The notes beneath the pieces are model-generated. The model was not told the origin of the DNA and did not search any database. It was given only the letters and a program-made list of their open reading frames with translations. The translations under genes and the position numbers were made by a program. A stretch of 64,000 nucleotides of DNA, from IMG/VR virus record IMGVR_UViG_3300035670_000009, positions 96,001-160,000 of that record. One strand, 5' to 3'. Of the stretch, positions 8,664-16,173 are shown piece after piece. The stretch is from a virus (lineage: Duplodnaviria > Caudoviricetes). The stretch's first letter is position 1; each line of letters opens with the position of its first letter.

Positions 8664-8919
8664 GCGCGGGCTCCTGGTCGGGTGTGACAGCGCGGCCCGG
8701 TAACGCAAAGATATCTTTGCGCGGGCCAACGCTGTCTGGGTCGATAGTCTGCGAAGAGAGGCCCATCCGCTCAGGGACAGGCGGCGCAGACTGCTGTTCG
8801 ATTTCTGCGTCGAACATCGCGAGATAGTGTTGATATTCTTGCCAGTCAAAATAAGCCTGGCGTTCTTCTTCAGATGGTAGGCACACGTCTACGTCAGGTA
8901 GCCGGTCGTTCCAGCCCAT
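8635..8919 (-). CDS. Hypothetical protein (94 aa)
   Basis: ATG at 8919 inside the csrA 3' end; acidic/aromatic N-terminus looks protein-like. Confidence 0.55.
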   Translation of the reverse strand: MGWNDRLPDVDVCLPSEEERQAYFDWQEYQHYLAMFDAEIEQQSAPPVPERMGLSSQTIDPDSVGPRKDIFALPGRAVTPDQEPAHARQDQDRN

Positions 8920-9103
8920 TGTCGTTGTTGGTTTTCTTCCTCCGGTGATGCCAATCTTTGGCAAGCTCCGCGCGAACAACAGGCACGAAGTCAGGCGCCT
9001 CGATGCCGATGCGCACGCGGTCGCCGAGAATTTCCACAACAGTAATCTTGATGTCGTCTCCTACCAGAATTTTTTCGTTCCGCTTTCGCGACAGAACGAG
9101 CAT
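8894..9103 (-). CDS. csrA: Carbon storage regulator CsrA/RsmA RNA-binding protein
   Basis: MLVLSRKRNEKILVGDDIKITVVEILGDRVRIGIEAPDFVPVVRAEL matches the family pattern MLxLxR..E.I.IG..I.I.V....G..V.IGI.AP..V.V.R.E, including the RNA-binding Arg. Confidence 0.95.
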   Translation of the reverse strand: MLVLSRKRNEKILVGDDIKITVVEILGDRVRIGIEAPDFVPVVRAELAKDWHHRRKKTNNDNGLERPAT

Positions 9104-9118
9104 GGCGATCCTTTCTGC

Positions 9119-9793
9119 CTAACGTTGCACCGAATCGTGCAGCATTTGGGCTACGGACTGTGTGTTTCCATTGGTTAACTGCAGCGCGGCCAGTTGCGCG
9201 GCGAGGATCTTGGTTTTAGTGCGAATAGTCTCGTTAATCTCCTCAGTCTTTCCCTGCTCCACTTCGTAGATCGCCGAAAACATTTCAGGGTCGTCCGAGA
9301 AGTCGTCGATTGACGGGGAGATGCGCGCTTTGCGCAGCGCGATTCGCAGGACGTCCGGCGCGTTAATGATTCCCTCTTGGTCGAGCACCGCGCCGATATA
9401 GGCGCGGATCTCGTTGCTGAAGAATTCCTTGTCCTCGTCGTCCGGCGGGGCGATAAGCAACGATTCGGTGATTCCCCAGGCGACCTCTTCGGCGTCGGCC
9501 GGGTCGAAGGTCTGCGGGGTGTAGGTGTCGCCGCCCAGTACGTTGCAGAATTCCACAAAGTCGGGGAGCGACCTATGGAAGCGGTCGGTGGTCAGAATTT
9601 GTATGGCCACCAAAAGCTTGTCGAGCACTAACTGCGGCAGCTCGACGTCGAACTCCTCTTCGATCTCCAGGGCGATTGTGGCGGCGTCCCATTCGAGGGC
9701 CTCTATGCCGAACCGGTCCAAAAAAAGCGTCAGCAAGACCGACGCGAAGCTTTCACGGCTGGTCCACGCTTCCTGGGTGATGTTCTTCGGCAT
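9119..9793 (-). CDS. Hypothetical acidic helical protein (224 aa)
   Basis: Clean ORF with AAGGA upstream and strong coding bias. Confidence 0.8.
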   Translation of the reverse strand: MPKNITQEAWTSRESFASVLLTLFLDRFGIEALEWDAATIALEIEEEFDVELPQLVLDKLLVAIQILTTDRFHRSLPDFVEFCNVLGGDTYTPQTFDPADAEEVAWGITESLLIAPPDDEDKEFFSNEIRAYIGAVLDQEGIINAPDVLRIALRKARISPSIDDFSDDPEMFSAIYEVEQGKTEEINETIRTKTKILAAQLAALQLTNGNTQSVAQMLHDSVQR

Positions 9794-10229
9794 GGGAGTT
9801 CCTTTTCCTGATCTGCGCCATTGCCCGGGCGTATAGCGTGATCAAATTGTACCCGATGGTCTCTACAGGCACGGCGGGCAGTGCCGCAACGTCGGCTCCG
9901 GTCGTTAGGTCAAGCCAGCCTGTGTGGCCGGTCCAGGTCACCCAGTTGCCGTCAGCGAAGGCCAGGGTTTCCCACTGTGGCATGTTCGAGTCGATTTCAG
10001 TGGCGTAGGCGTCAGTGATCGCTTGGCGTTGGCTGGGCTTGAGGAATGCCAGTCGCTCCAGGAGGTCGGCCAGAAGCAGGTGCAGCACAACGTACCGCGG
10101 CAGCGGCGTCGGCTCGTCGGTGTGACTGTACGAGCGCAGCACGCTTTTTATCTGCAACTTGTCGAGTTTCAAAAGCGGCGCTAAACTTGCCAGCGTTACG
10201 TGGGCATCACTGTTTTCGGAGGTTTCCAT
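9753..10229 (-). CDS. Hypothetical protein (about 158 aa)
   Basis: ORF track 9753..10262; ATG at 10229 or 10238; start uncertain. Confidence 0.7.
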   Translation of the reverse strand: METSENSDAHVTLASLAPLLKLDKLQIKSVLRSYSHTDEPTPLPRYVVLHLLLADLLERLAFLKPSQRQAITDAYATEIDSNMPQWETLAFADGNWVTWTGHTGWLDLTTGADVAALPAVPVETIGYNLITLYARAMAQIRKRNSHAEEHHPGSVDQP

Positions 10230-10503
10230 GGTTTCCATTCTTGATGAACTTTCGCGGGTCACGAACGGCCGGGCCGACTATGTGGTCACCAGCAAGAGCA
10301 TTGAAGCGCTGCTCGCTGCGTCGACCGCGAACATGGTACTCGAGAAGGCCGCGCAGGCGGGGCTAAACCGACCGGGCGTGTCGAACGCCAGTGGCCCGTA
10401 CCCGGTCGATAGCGACGGCAAGACGGACGACGAGCTGCTGCTGGGCAAGCGGGGTCCGGTCGTGGGCTATCGCCGTGACTTCGTGGTCTTGGCCTCGATT
10501 TGA
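10228..10503 (+). CDS. Hypothetical protein (91 aa)
   Basis: GGAGG at 10218-10222 before ATG 10228; fills the gap between two minus-strand genes; ORF track 10159..10503. Confidence 0.68.
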   Translation: MVSILDELSRVTNGRADYVVTSKSIEALLAASTANMVLEKAAQAGLNRPGVSNASGPYPVDSDGKTDDELLLGKRGPVVGYRRDFVVLASI

Positions 10504-10973
10504 GGCTCGTCCTCTTCGTCGTCTTTTTCGTCGCCATGCGCGTCCTCGTAGGCGAGCTTGGCAGCATAAAACTGGGCGACAAGCGGCGCGATTTTGAAGA
10601 ACTGCTCGGCGATATCGACCAGCACGTGCTCTTCAAATTCTTTGACCACAGTATTTTTGAACTTCTCCAGGGCCTCAGGCGTGTAGCCTGCGGCCCTGAC
10701 TTTTTCTGCGCCCTTACGAATCTCGGGGCGCTGGTCGAACATGTACTGCAAATACTTGGGGTTTACGAACTCCAGGTCCACGCCGTACTTGCGCACAGTT
10801 TTAATGTCCGCGGGGACTGTGAACACAGGACGTCCGGCGATGTGCCCATCGGCGGCCAGGTGCCGCAGAGATTGCAGCATCCAACCGTATGCCTCCATGT
10901 TGTCGTTCGGCTCCTTCAGTTTGAAGGGCAAACGCTTTTGCGGCGGCCGTTTGGGGAGCGTGTGTTTTTTCAC
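10467..10973 (-). CDS. Hypothetical protein (168 aa)
   Basis: ORF track 10467..10991; GTG at 10973. Confidence 0.72.
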   Translation of the reverse strand: MKKHTLPKRPPQKRLPFKLKEPNDNMEAYGWMLQSLRHLAADGHIAGRPVFTVPADIKTVRKYGVDLEFVNPKYLQYMFDQRPEIRKGAEKVRAAGYTPEALEKFKNTVVKEFEEHVLVDIAEQFFKIAPLVAQFYAAKLAYEDAHGDEKDDEEDEPQIEAKTTKSRR

Positions 10974-11108
10974 GAAAATCCCTGATAGCAAAGGAAAAAG
11001 GGGGCCGATAGTTACAAACAGGGCTGTGTAGCCGGAGCACGCACCATGGGTGAATTGGTGGTGTCCGGCTACACAGCCGAGACAAGCGCAAGAGACGAGC
11101 TTTTAGAG

Positions 11109-11483
11109 TCAGGCCGCCACGAGTGCCGCGCAGCCGGAGCTATCGATCGTGTAGCTCCGCGGGGCGTTCGCGTTCCGCAGACAGACTCCCATTACCGCGT
11201 CAAAGTACTGGCTGTACGCGTCGCGCTGGCTTGCGTCTTTACGCCTAAGCAGCTCGTCTCGATACATCAAGAGACGCGCGTTACGCTGCCCTGGATCATC
11301 GAGATCCGGGTACTGTTCGGTGACGTCGCCCGCGATGTCGGCGCATGCGTCGTCGATCTCTTCGATGATACTGGCTTGCGTGTTCGCGTCGAGGGACGCA
11401 AACGGCATGCACTCGGGCGCGATCATTCCGTTGATGATGCCCTCAATCGTCTCCAGACCGGCCCAGCTTATGGCGTGCGCCAT
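11109..11483 (-). CDS. Hypothetical acidic protein (124 aa)
   Basis: ATG at 11483 preceded by CACGGAGG; ORF track 11109..11555. Confidence 0.72.
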   Translation of the reverse strand: MAHAISWAGLETIEGIINGMIAPECMPFASLDANTQASIIEEIDDACADIAGDVTEQYPDLDDPGQRNARLLMYRDELLRRKDASQRDAYSQYFDAVMGVCLRNANAPRSYTIDSSGCAALVAA

Positions 11484-11563
11484 GGCAACCTCCGTGGTAA
11501 AGCTCCACCCATAACAACACAGGTGGTGCACTTTATATGCCACGATTTTTGCCAAAATTTAGC

Positions 11564-11866
11564 TCAAAACGTGAGCTGCACGACATCCCCGCCGGGCCGC
11601 TGAAACGTTACACGCACCTTTTGCGCGTTGAGTAACTGTTTAAGAGCGAGTTTCTTTTCGGCGCTGAGTGCGCCTAGACAGCTTTTGATGCGCGCCATTT
11701 CTTCGCGTTGTTTTTGTTGTCTCTTTCGAGCGCACGCGCCACAACCGCCAGCGCCGTTTTTGAACAACTCAGCTTTGTTCATCAGGCAAGGAATCGTATC
11801 AGCAAACCGCGCATCTTGAATCATCGTCAGGATGGTGCTGTCCTCGATAGTCACCAGCGGTGTCAT
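11564..11866 (-). CDS. Hypothetical protein with CxxC (100 aa); possible paralog of 12727..13083
   Basis: TAATG coupling to upstream gene; GGCGACA motif. Confidence 0.72.
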   Translation of the reverse strand: MTPLVTIEDSTILTMIQDARFADTIPCLMNKAELFKNGAGGCGACARKRQQKQREEMARIKSCLGALSAEKKLALKQLLNAQKVRVTFQRPGGDVVQLTF

Positions 11867-12408
11867 TACAGCATCTCCGAAGATGAGCTATCTGGAACGG
11901 GCGCGCCGCCAATCCACACCTCGCCGCCTGGCAGCAACGTGTCCATCAAGTCGAGCGTGTTCTTGAGGCTGTTCACGTCGTCGGTGACGTCTTGAATAAA
12001 CCGCTTCGCCTCAGATCGACTGCGCAGATGCACGTCGACGTAATTCAAGCGAAACCATTCGGGGCGCTGCCCTGCAATCGGCTCGTCTTCGGGATACTCA
12101 GACAGATCAGTCGGCGAACAGACGTGAGAAAACGCGCCCTCGCGTTCACCGGCGGCGGGTTTCATGGGAAGCAGCAAGTAGGCGAACACTTTGTCGGGCA
12201 TCAACTCCGCGTCGGTTGCTTCAATGCGCACGCGGACGCCGTCAGTGTTTTGGTAGTTGTAGCGGCTGACAGACCAACTCAGTTTGACGCGCCTCCCGGA
12301 CTCGGTCGGCGGCGAGACAGGCGTGTCAGGGGCATAAAAATTAATGCCTAGCGCCTCGTTTAACTCAATGACGCCGCCGTATGAGGAAGAAACGTTACAG
12401 TCACTCAT
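11866..12408 (-). CDS. Hypothetical protein (180 aa), possibly virion-associated
   Basis: ATG at 12408 with AGGAGG; continues the fibre/GT operon. Confidence 0.75.
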   Translation of the reverse strand: MSDCNVSSSYGGVIELNEALGINFYAPDTPVSPPTESGRRVKLSWSVSRYNYQNTDGVRVRIEATDAELMPDKVFAYLLLPMKPAAGEREGAFSHVCSPTDLSEYPEDEPIAGQRPEWFRLNYVDVHLRSRSEAKRFIQDVTDDVNSLKNTLDLMDTLLPGGEVWIGGAPVPDSSSSEML

Positions 12409-12433
12409 GCTGCCCTCCTGGCAACGCACACGT

Positions 12434-12730
12434 TTAAAGCGGCTCGGAAGAACCCGAGTCTTCGATGGGCATCACCGCGCCGCTAATTTGAACAGGCCCG
12501 GGCGTGGTGGCCCGCACATAACCGAACGCTAAGCCTTTGACGTCAGTGGGCCCCGGTTGTTCGATATCCACGCCGTTACGGTCTGCCATAAGTTCTACGT
12601 ATCGCCCGGACACCGGACGGCCCCGAGAGTCGCGGAGCCGCACCTTGACCACGACCGCGGCCGAACCATCCGCAACTGCTTGATGTTCGCCGCCAAAAAG
12701 CAGCTTGGACTGCGCAGGGTCTGGCGTCAT
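12434..12730 (-). CDS. Stand-alone bacterial Ig-like (Big-1, invasin/intimin-type) domain protein
   Basis: ADG...V.V.LRD..G.PVSG..V.L...TD.KG.A...V.AT.PG.V.I pattern matches Big-1. Confidence 0.72.
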   Translation of the reverse strand: MTPDPAQSKLLFGGEHQAVADGSAAVVVKVRLRDSRGRPVSGRYVELMADRNGVDIEQPGPTDVKGLAFGYVRATTPGPVQISGAVMPIEDSGSSEPL

Positions 12731-13083
12731 GGAAACTTGACCTTTAGCAGCGGAATCGTCGACGTCTTGCGATAGTATAACGTAATTGCCTTGATTTTTG
12801 GGTCGTTACGTTTTTGGCGTAGATAGTCAATTAACGCCGCGAGCCCGGCAGGATTTTCGGTCCGCATTGTTTCCATCAAGGCAAGCGTGGCGTCAATACA
12901 GTCAAATACAAGGTGCGCACTGCCTCCGCACCGGCAAGTACTTTTGGCGGCGTTTTCCAGATATGCGGCTTTGCATTGCGCGACCTGTTCTTCGACGGGC
13001 GCAAACGCTGAGTTAGCGTTGAAAAACTCAGCGTCGAAAAGCATTTTCACAAAGTCGTCGCGCGTCATGATGACCACGCTCAT
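12727..13083 (-). CDS. Hypothetical protein (118 aa)
   Basis: ATGA overlaps at both ends (13080-13083 and 12727-12730). Confidence 0.75.
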   Translation of the reverse strand: MSVVIMTRDDFVKMLFDAEFFNANSAFAPVEEQVAQCKAAYLENAAKSTCRCGGSAHLVFDCIDATLALMETMRTENPAGLAALIDYLRQKRNDPKIKAITLYYRKTSTIPLLKVKFP

Positions 13084-14987
13084 CGGCCGCCTCCCGTGGC
13101 CGCTTGCCAGGCCGGAGTTCCAAAATGCGGCTGACTCACGCCGCGGCGGACGACGCTCGAGGTGTGAATGTATTGCTTCGAACGATTCCAACCTACGATG
13201 TCGTATCCAGCCTGATAGAGCTGTTCGCCAATTGTGTAGTCGCCGCCATTGTGCGTGAGCGCTGCGTCTGGAATGTCCGCTGCGCGCATTGCCGCTGTTT
13301 TTAGGCAGAAGAACCCGCCCGCTACGAACACCGCGTGATCGCCGTTGGGAGCGGGCTTTTTGTTTTTCATGCGGAACGGTCGCCCCTGGTACCAGGGTCG
13401 CGAACGATAAAGCTGCTGTTGCGCCGTTGACAGACGAATTGTCATGTCGGCGCCAAATAGCCCCGCTTCAGGATTGGCGAGAATGGCCTGCGCCAGGAGC
13501 GTGAGCCATTGCTGGTTCCGGTCTGCAATCGAATCATCGTCGAACCATATTAGGTAGTTCGTTTCAATCGGCAGCGCTGTGTCGTGGAACATTTCCCGCA
13601 TTACCGGATACTTCAGGGCGTTTTCCCTGTGCCGGTAGTGCTTGCTGACAACCCCGTGGTCGACAAGGCGATCGAGTACGGCCGCCGTTTCGTCGCACAG
13701 TTCATTAGAACCGACGCGCAGGTCGATGCGACCAGGCGGGCATGTGGAAACAATCGAGTTCAGGCAACGCATGTGCAGCGAGTGGTATTGCGCGGGCCCG
13801 TAAAACAACACGCAGACCGTGAACTTGCCGCCTATCACCGGATCTCGATAGATATCTTTGTCCGGCGCTGCCGTCGGAATAGCGGTATTTGGCGTTCCCG
13901 GATCAGCGCGCTCGAATCGGGCGGCCGGGGCTAGTACAGGCGCGGCGACCTGCGAAACAGTACTCCCCGCGTCTGATAAACGGTACCGTACGATCTCGTC
14001 GAGCGGCTTAATGGGCGGCAGCGTCCGGTCTTCGTAATAGCTCATCACAGCCTCGACAACGTGCTGGGGGGTGATCATGTCCAGGCATTTTGGAACCGCC
14101 TGGCCCGGCTTCACGATAGGGTACTTGCAAAGCGACGAATCGCCGTTCAGCGGCAATACCTTGTTTTTCCAGCAGCCGTGGGCCTGGCAGCAGTCCAGCA
14201 GCCCGATCGTGTGTAGATAACGGTGCGGCACCGTTAGCCGCTGGGCCGTCTCAGGGCCTCCCAGACCGGCGTTTTCGCGGACATAGGCCTCCCACCACCA
14301 GGCCTCCCTGCCGCCCGCCAGAACGACGCAGGGGCGCTGTAACGCCGCGGCCAGGTGCATCGCTGCCGTGACGCCGCAAATGACCCCGTCAGCGTGGTAA
14401 ATCAGCCGAAGCCAGTCCCGCAGCCCCGTACGGCCGACCAGGTTTAGCGCCCCGGCGATTTCGGGGTGCCAGTGTCCGCGCTCCGTGCCGCCGATCTGGA
14501 CGCACGGGACGCCCAGGGCGCTTAACGCGCTAATCGTCTCCTGCCACGCCGCCTGGCCCCAGACCTTGGCGGTGAAGTCCGACTTACCTCCGGACAGAAA
14601 CACCCAGTAGCGGCCCTCTACGAGCCGCCGGGATCGTTCCTCTTCCGACAGGTGCAGGTCTGGGTAAGGCAAGGTGAGCGGGATTCGCACGCGAGCCTGG
14701 ACCTCGAAATCCCTGTGAAAATAGGCAAGGAAATGCACCGTTTCGTGGTTCTGGTCGCGAAGGCCTTTGCCGTAGGTGAGCTTGATGTGCTCGACCCCCT
14801 TTTGGCCGCGTAGCTCACGCGCGCTGACGATGTAGGGATTGTTCTCCCACAGCGCGGCGGCGTTCGTGTCGACGCCGATTTGAAATGCGCCGGGGTGCGT
14901 CAGCGCAATGTCGCGCACCAAAGCGGTGAGCACTGCCGTATCGCCCGGCGCTCGTTTGTGCACGAGAATGAGGCGGCGAGCCTGCAC
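13080..14987 (-). CDS. Two-domain glycosyltransferase: N-terminal GT9 (heptosyltransferase-like, GT-B) fused to a C-terminal GT2-like (GT-A) domain
   Basis: RAPGDTAVLTALV (GT9 N-terminal xxGD motif), ADGVICGVTAAMHLAAALQRPCVVLAGG (GT9 signature); C-terminal FTVCVLFYG...YLIWFDDDS (DxD motif). Confidence 0.82.
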   Translation of the reverse strand: MQARRLILVHKRAPGDTAVLTALVRDIALTHPGAFQIGVDTNAAALWENNPYIVSARELRGQKGVEHIKLTYGKGLRDQNHETVHFLAYFHRDFEVQARVRIPLTLPYPDLHLSEEERSRRLVEGRYWVFLSGGKSDFTAKVWGQAAWQETISALSALGVPCVQIGGTERGHWHPEIAGALNLVGRTGLRDWLRLIYHADGVICGVTAAMHLAAALQRPCVVLAGGREAWWWEAYVRENAGLGGPETAQRLTVPHRYLHTIGLLDCCQAHGCWKNKVLPLNGDSSLCKYPIVKPGQAVPKCLDMITPQHVVEAVMSYYEDRTLPPIKPLDEIVRYRLSDAGSTVSQVAAPVLAPAARFERADPGTPNTAIPTAAPDKDIYRDPVIGGKFTVCVLFYGPAQYHSLHMRCLNSIVSTCPPGRIDLRVGSNELCDETAAVLDRLVDHGVVSKHYRHRENALKYPVMREMFHDTALPIETNYLIWFDDDSIADRNQQWLTLLAQAILANPEAGLFGADMTIRLSTAQQQLYRSRPWYQGRPFRMKNKKPAPNGDHAVFVAGGFFCLKTAAMRAADIPDAALTHNGGDYTIGEQLYQAGYDIVGWNRSKQYIHTSSVVRRGVSQPHFGTPAWQAATGGGR

Positions 14988-14994
14988 GATCGCC

Positions 14995-15531
14995 TCAAGC
15001 CTGCGCGCTGGAATCTACTGCCGCGTGTAGTGCCACGTCGGCTTTGTCGCGAGCGCGCCGCGCGAGCTTAATGGCGCGCTGTACGAGAATTTTCGTCGGC
15101 AGCGCGAGGAAGGGCAGCTTACGTTTTGCTGCCTCTTCTTTCAACCACCCGACGATTTCCTTGATGTTCTGTTCGCACCATTCGATTCCGCGGTCGTTCA
15201 TGAGCCGCGCTCGCGCATTACACGAACAATTTTCCGTGCTTTTTATCCCGACCTTGGCGAGGAGCTTTTTCAGCTGCGTTCCAGCGCCGGTAGGATCCCA
15301 TACATACGGCGCAGGCTGTGCCGGTTTTACCGGCTCTGGCGGGGGCGCTGCCGCATTTTCTGCGCTCGGCTCGGCAGCGCCGCGCGGACAATCTGGAAAC
15401 GCCTGCACCAATTCTGACAATCTGCTGGCCACAGTTTTGGCGACAGCGATTTGTTTGCCGCACTGTGCGCAATAAAAACACGCCATGTCATTTGATATCG
15501 GACATTTTGTTTCTTTAAATGCGCACCGCAT
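14995..15531 (-). CDS. Cys-rich hypothetical protein (GAGTQLKKLLAKVGI...CSCNARARLMN...GIEWC motif)
   Basis: ATG with GGAG; C-terminal block resembles a protein family I recall from planctomycete-associated phages (not verified). Confidence 0.75.
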   Translation of the reverse strand: MRCAFKETKCPISNDMACFYCAQCGKQIAVAKTVASRLSELVQAFPDCPRGAAEPSAENAAAPPPEPVKPAQPAPYVWDPTGAGTQLKKLLAKVGIKSTENCSCNARARLMNDRGIEWCEQNIKEIVGWLKEEAAKRKLPFLALPTKILVQRAIKLARRARDKADVALHAAVDSSAQA

Positions 15532-15559
15532 AGTTGTCTCCAGTTTTAACCGTTAACAA

Positions 15560-16171
15560 TTAGTTGCTAGTTGAAACGTCTGAACTACCGGCAGATTCGT
15601 TAACACCAGACGCTGCGCTATCAGAAGAAGAACTGCTGTAGCCAAAATCGCTAGCCGCCGAGTTGTCGCTCGAAAGACTAGTTGTTGAACTGGCGGTTGA
15701 ACTACTTGTTACTGAGCTACTGTCTGAAAGACTTGTTGCGGAACTGACACCAGAGCTGCCGATCTGCGAACTAGAGCTTGAACTGCTACTGCTCGGCTCC
15801 TCACAGTAGGTGTCCGACGCAATTTCTTCATAATTCACAACAGCTTCAAGTGCGCTGGCGGCATCTGCGCTTAACTCGATGCTGTGGCCTTCCATCAAGT
15901 AAACCGGCGTTTCTTTGGTGATCAGGACCGCTGTCTTGTTTGCGTCAACCGTTGTTGCGAAAGCTAGTCGAAAGGTTTCGGCGCCTCTGCGCACAGTTGC
16001 CGTGACTTCGCGGCCGGTTGAATCGACGTTGGCCACGTAAAGCGAAATGACCCTGACGGTTTTTGCACTATTTGCCGCGTTGCTGACGATTGGCGCGGCA
16101 GTCACACCTAACGCCAACGCAGCGTTTTTGCCCGCAACACACGACGGAGAGCACAGATTTGGGAGCGCCAT
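15560..16171 (-). CDS. Putative virion structural protein (beta-rich N-terminal domain) with Ser-rich tail
   Basis: MALPNL...NAANSAKTVRVISLYVANVD...YLMEGHSI...VNYEEI resembles a common small phage structural family; C-terminal poly-Ser. Confidence 0.7.
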   Translation of the reverse strand: MALPNLCSPSCVAGKNAALALGVTAAPIVSNAANSAKTVRVISLYVANVDSTGREVTATVRRGAETFRLAFATTVDANKTAVLITKETPVYLMEGHSIELSADAASALEAVVNYEEIASDTYCEEPSSSSSSSSSQIGSSGVSSATSLSDSSSVTSSSTASSTTSLSSDNSAASDFGYSSSSSDSAASGVNESAGSSDVSTSN

Positions 16172-16173
16172 AA

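Noticed and set aside
11046-11603. 185-aa plus-strand ORF
   Set aside because: Antisense to 11109..11483, which has a strong RBS and better composition.
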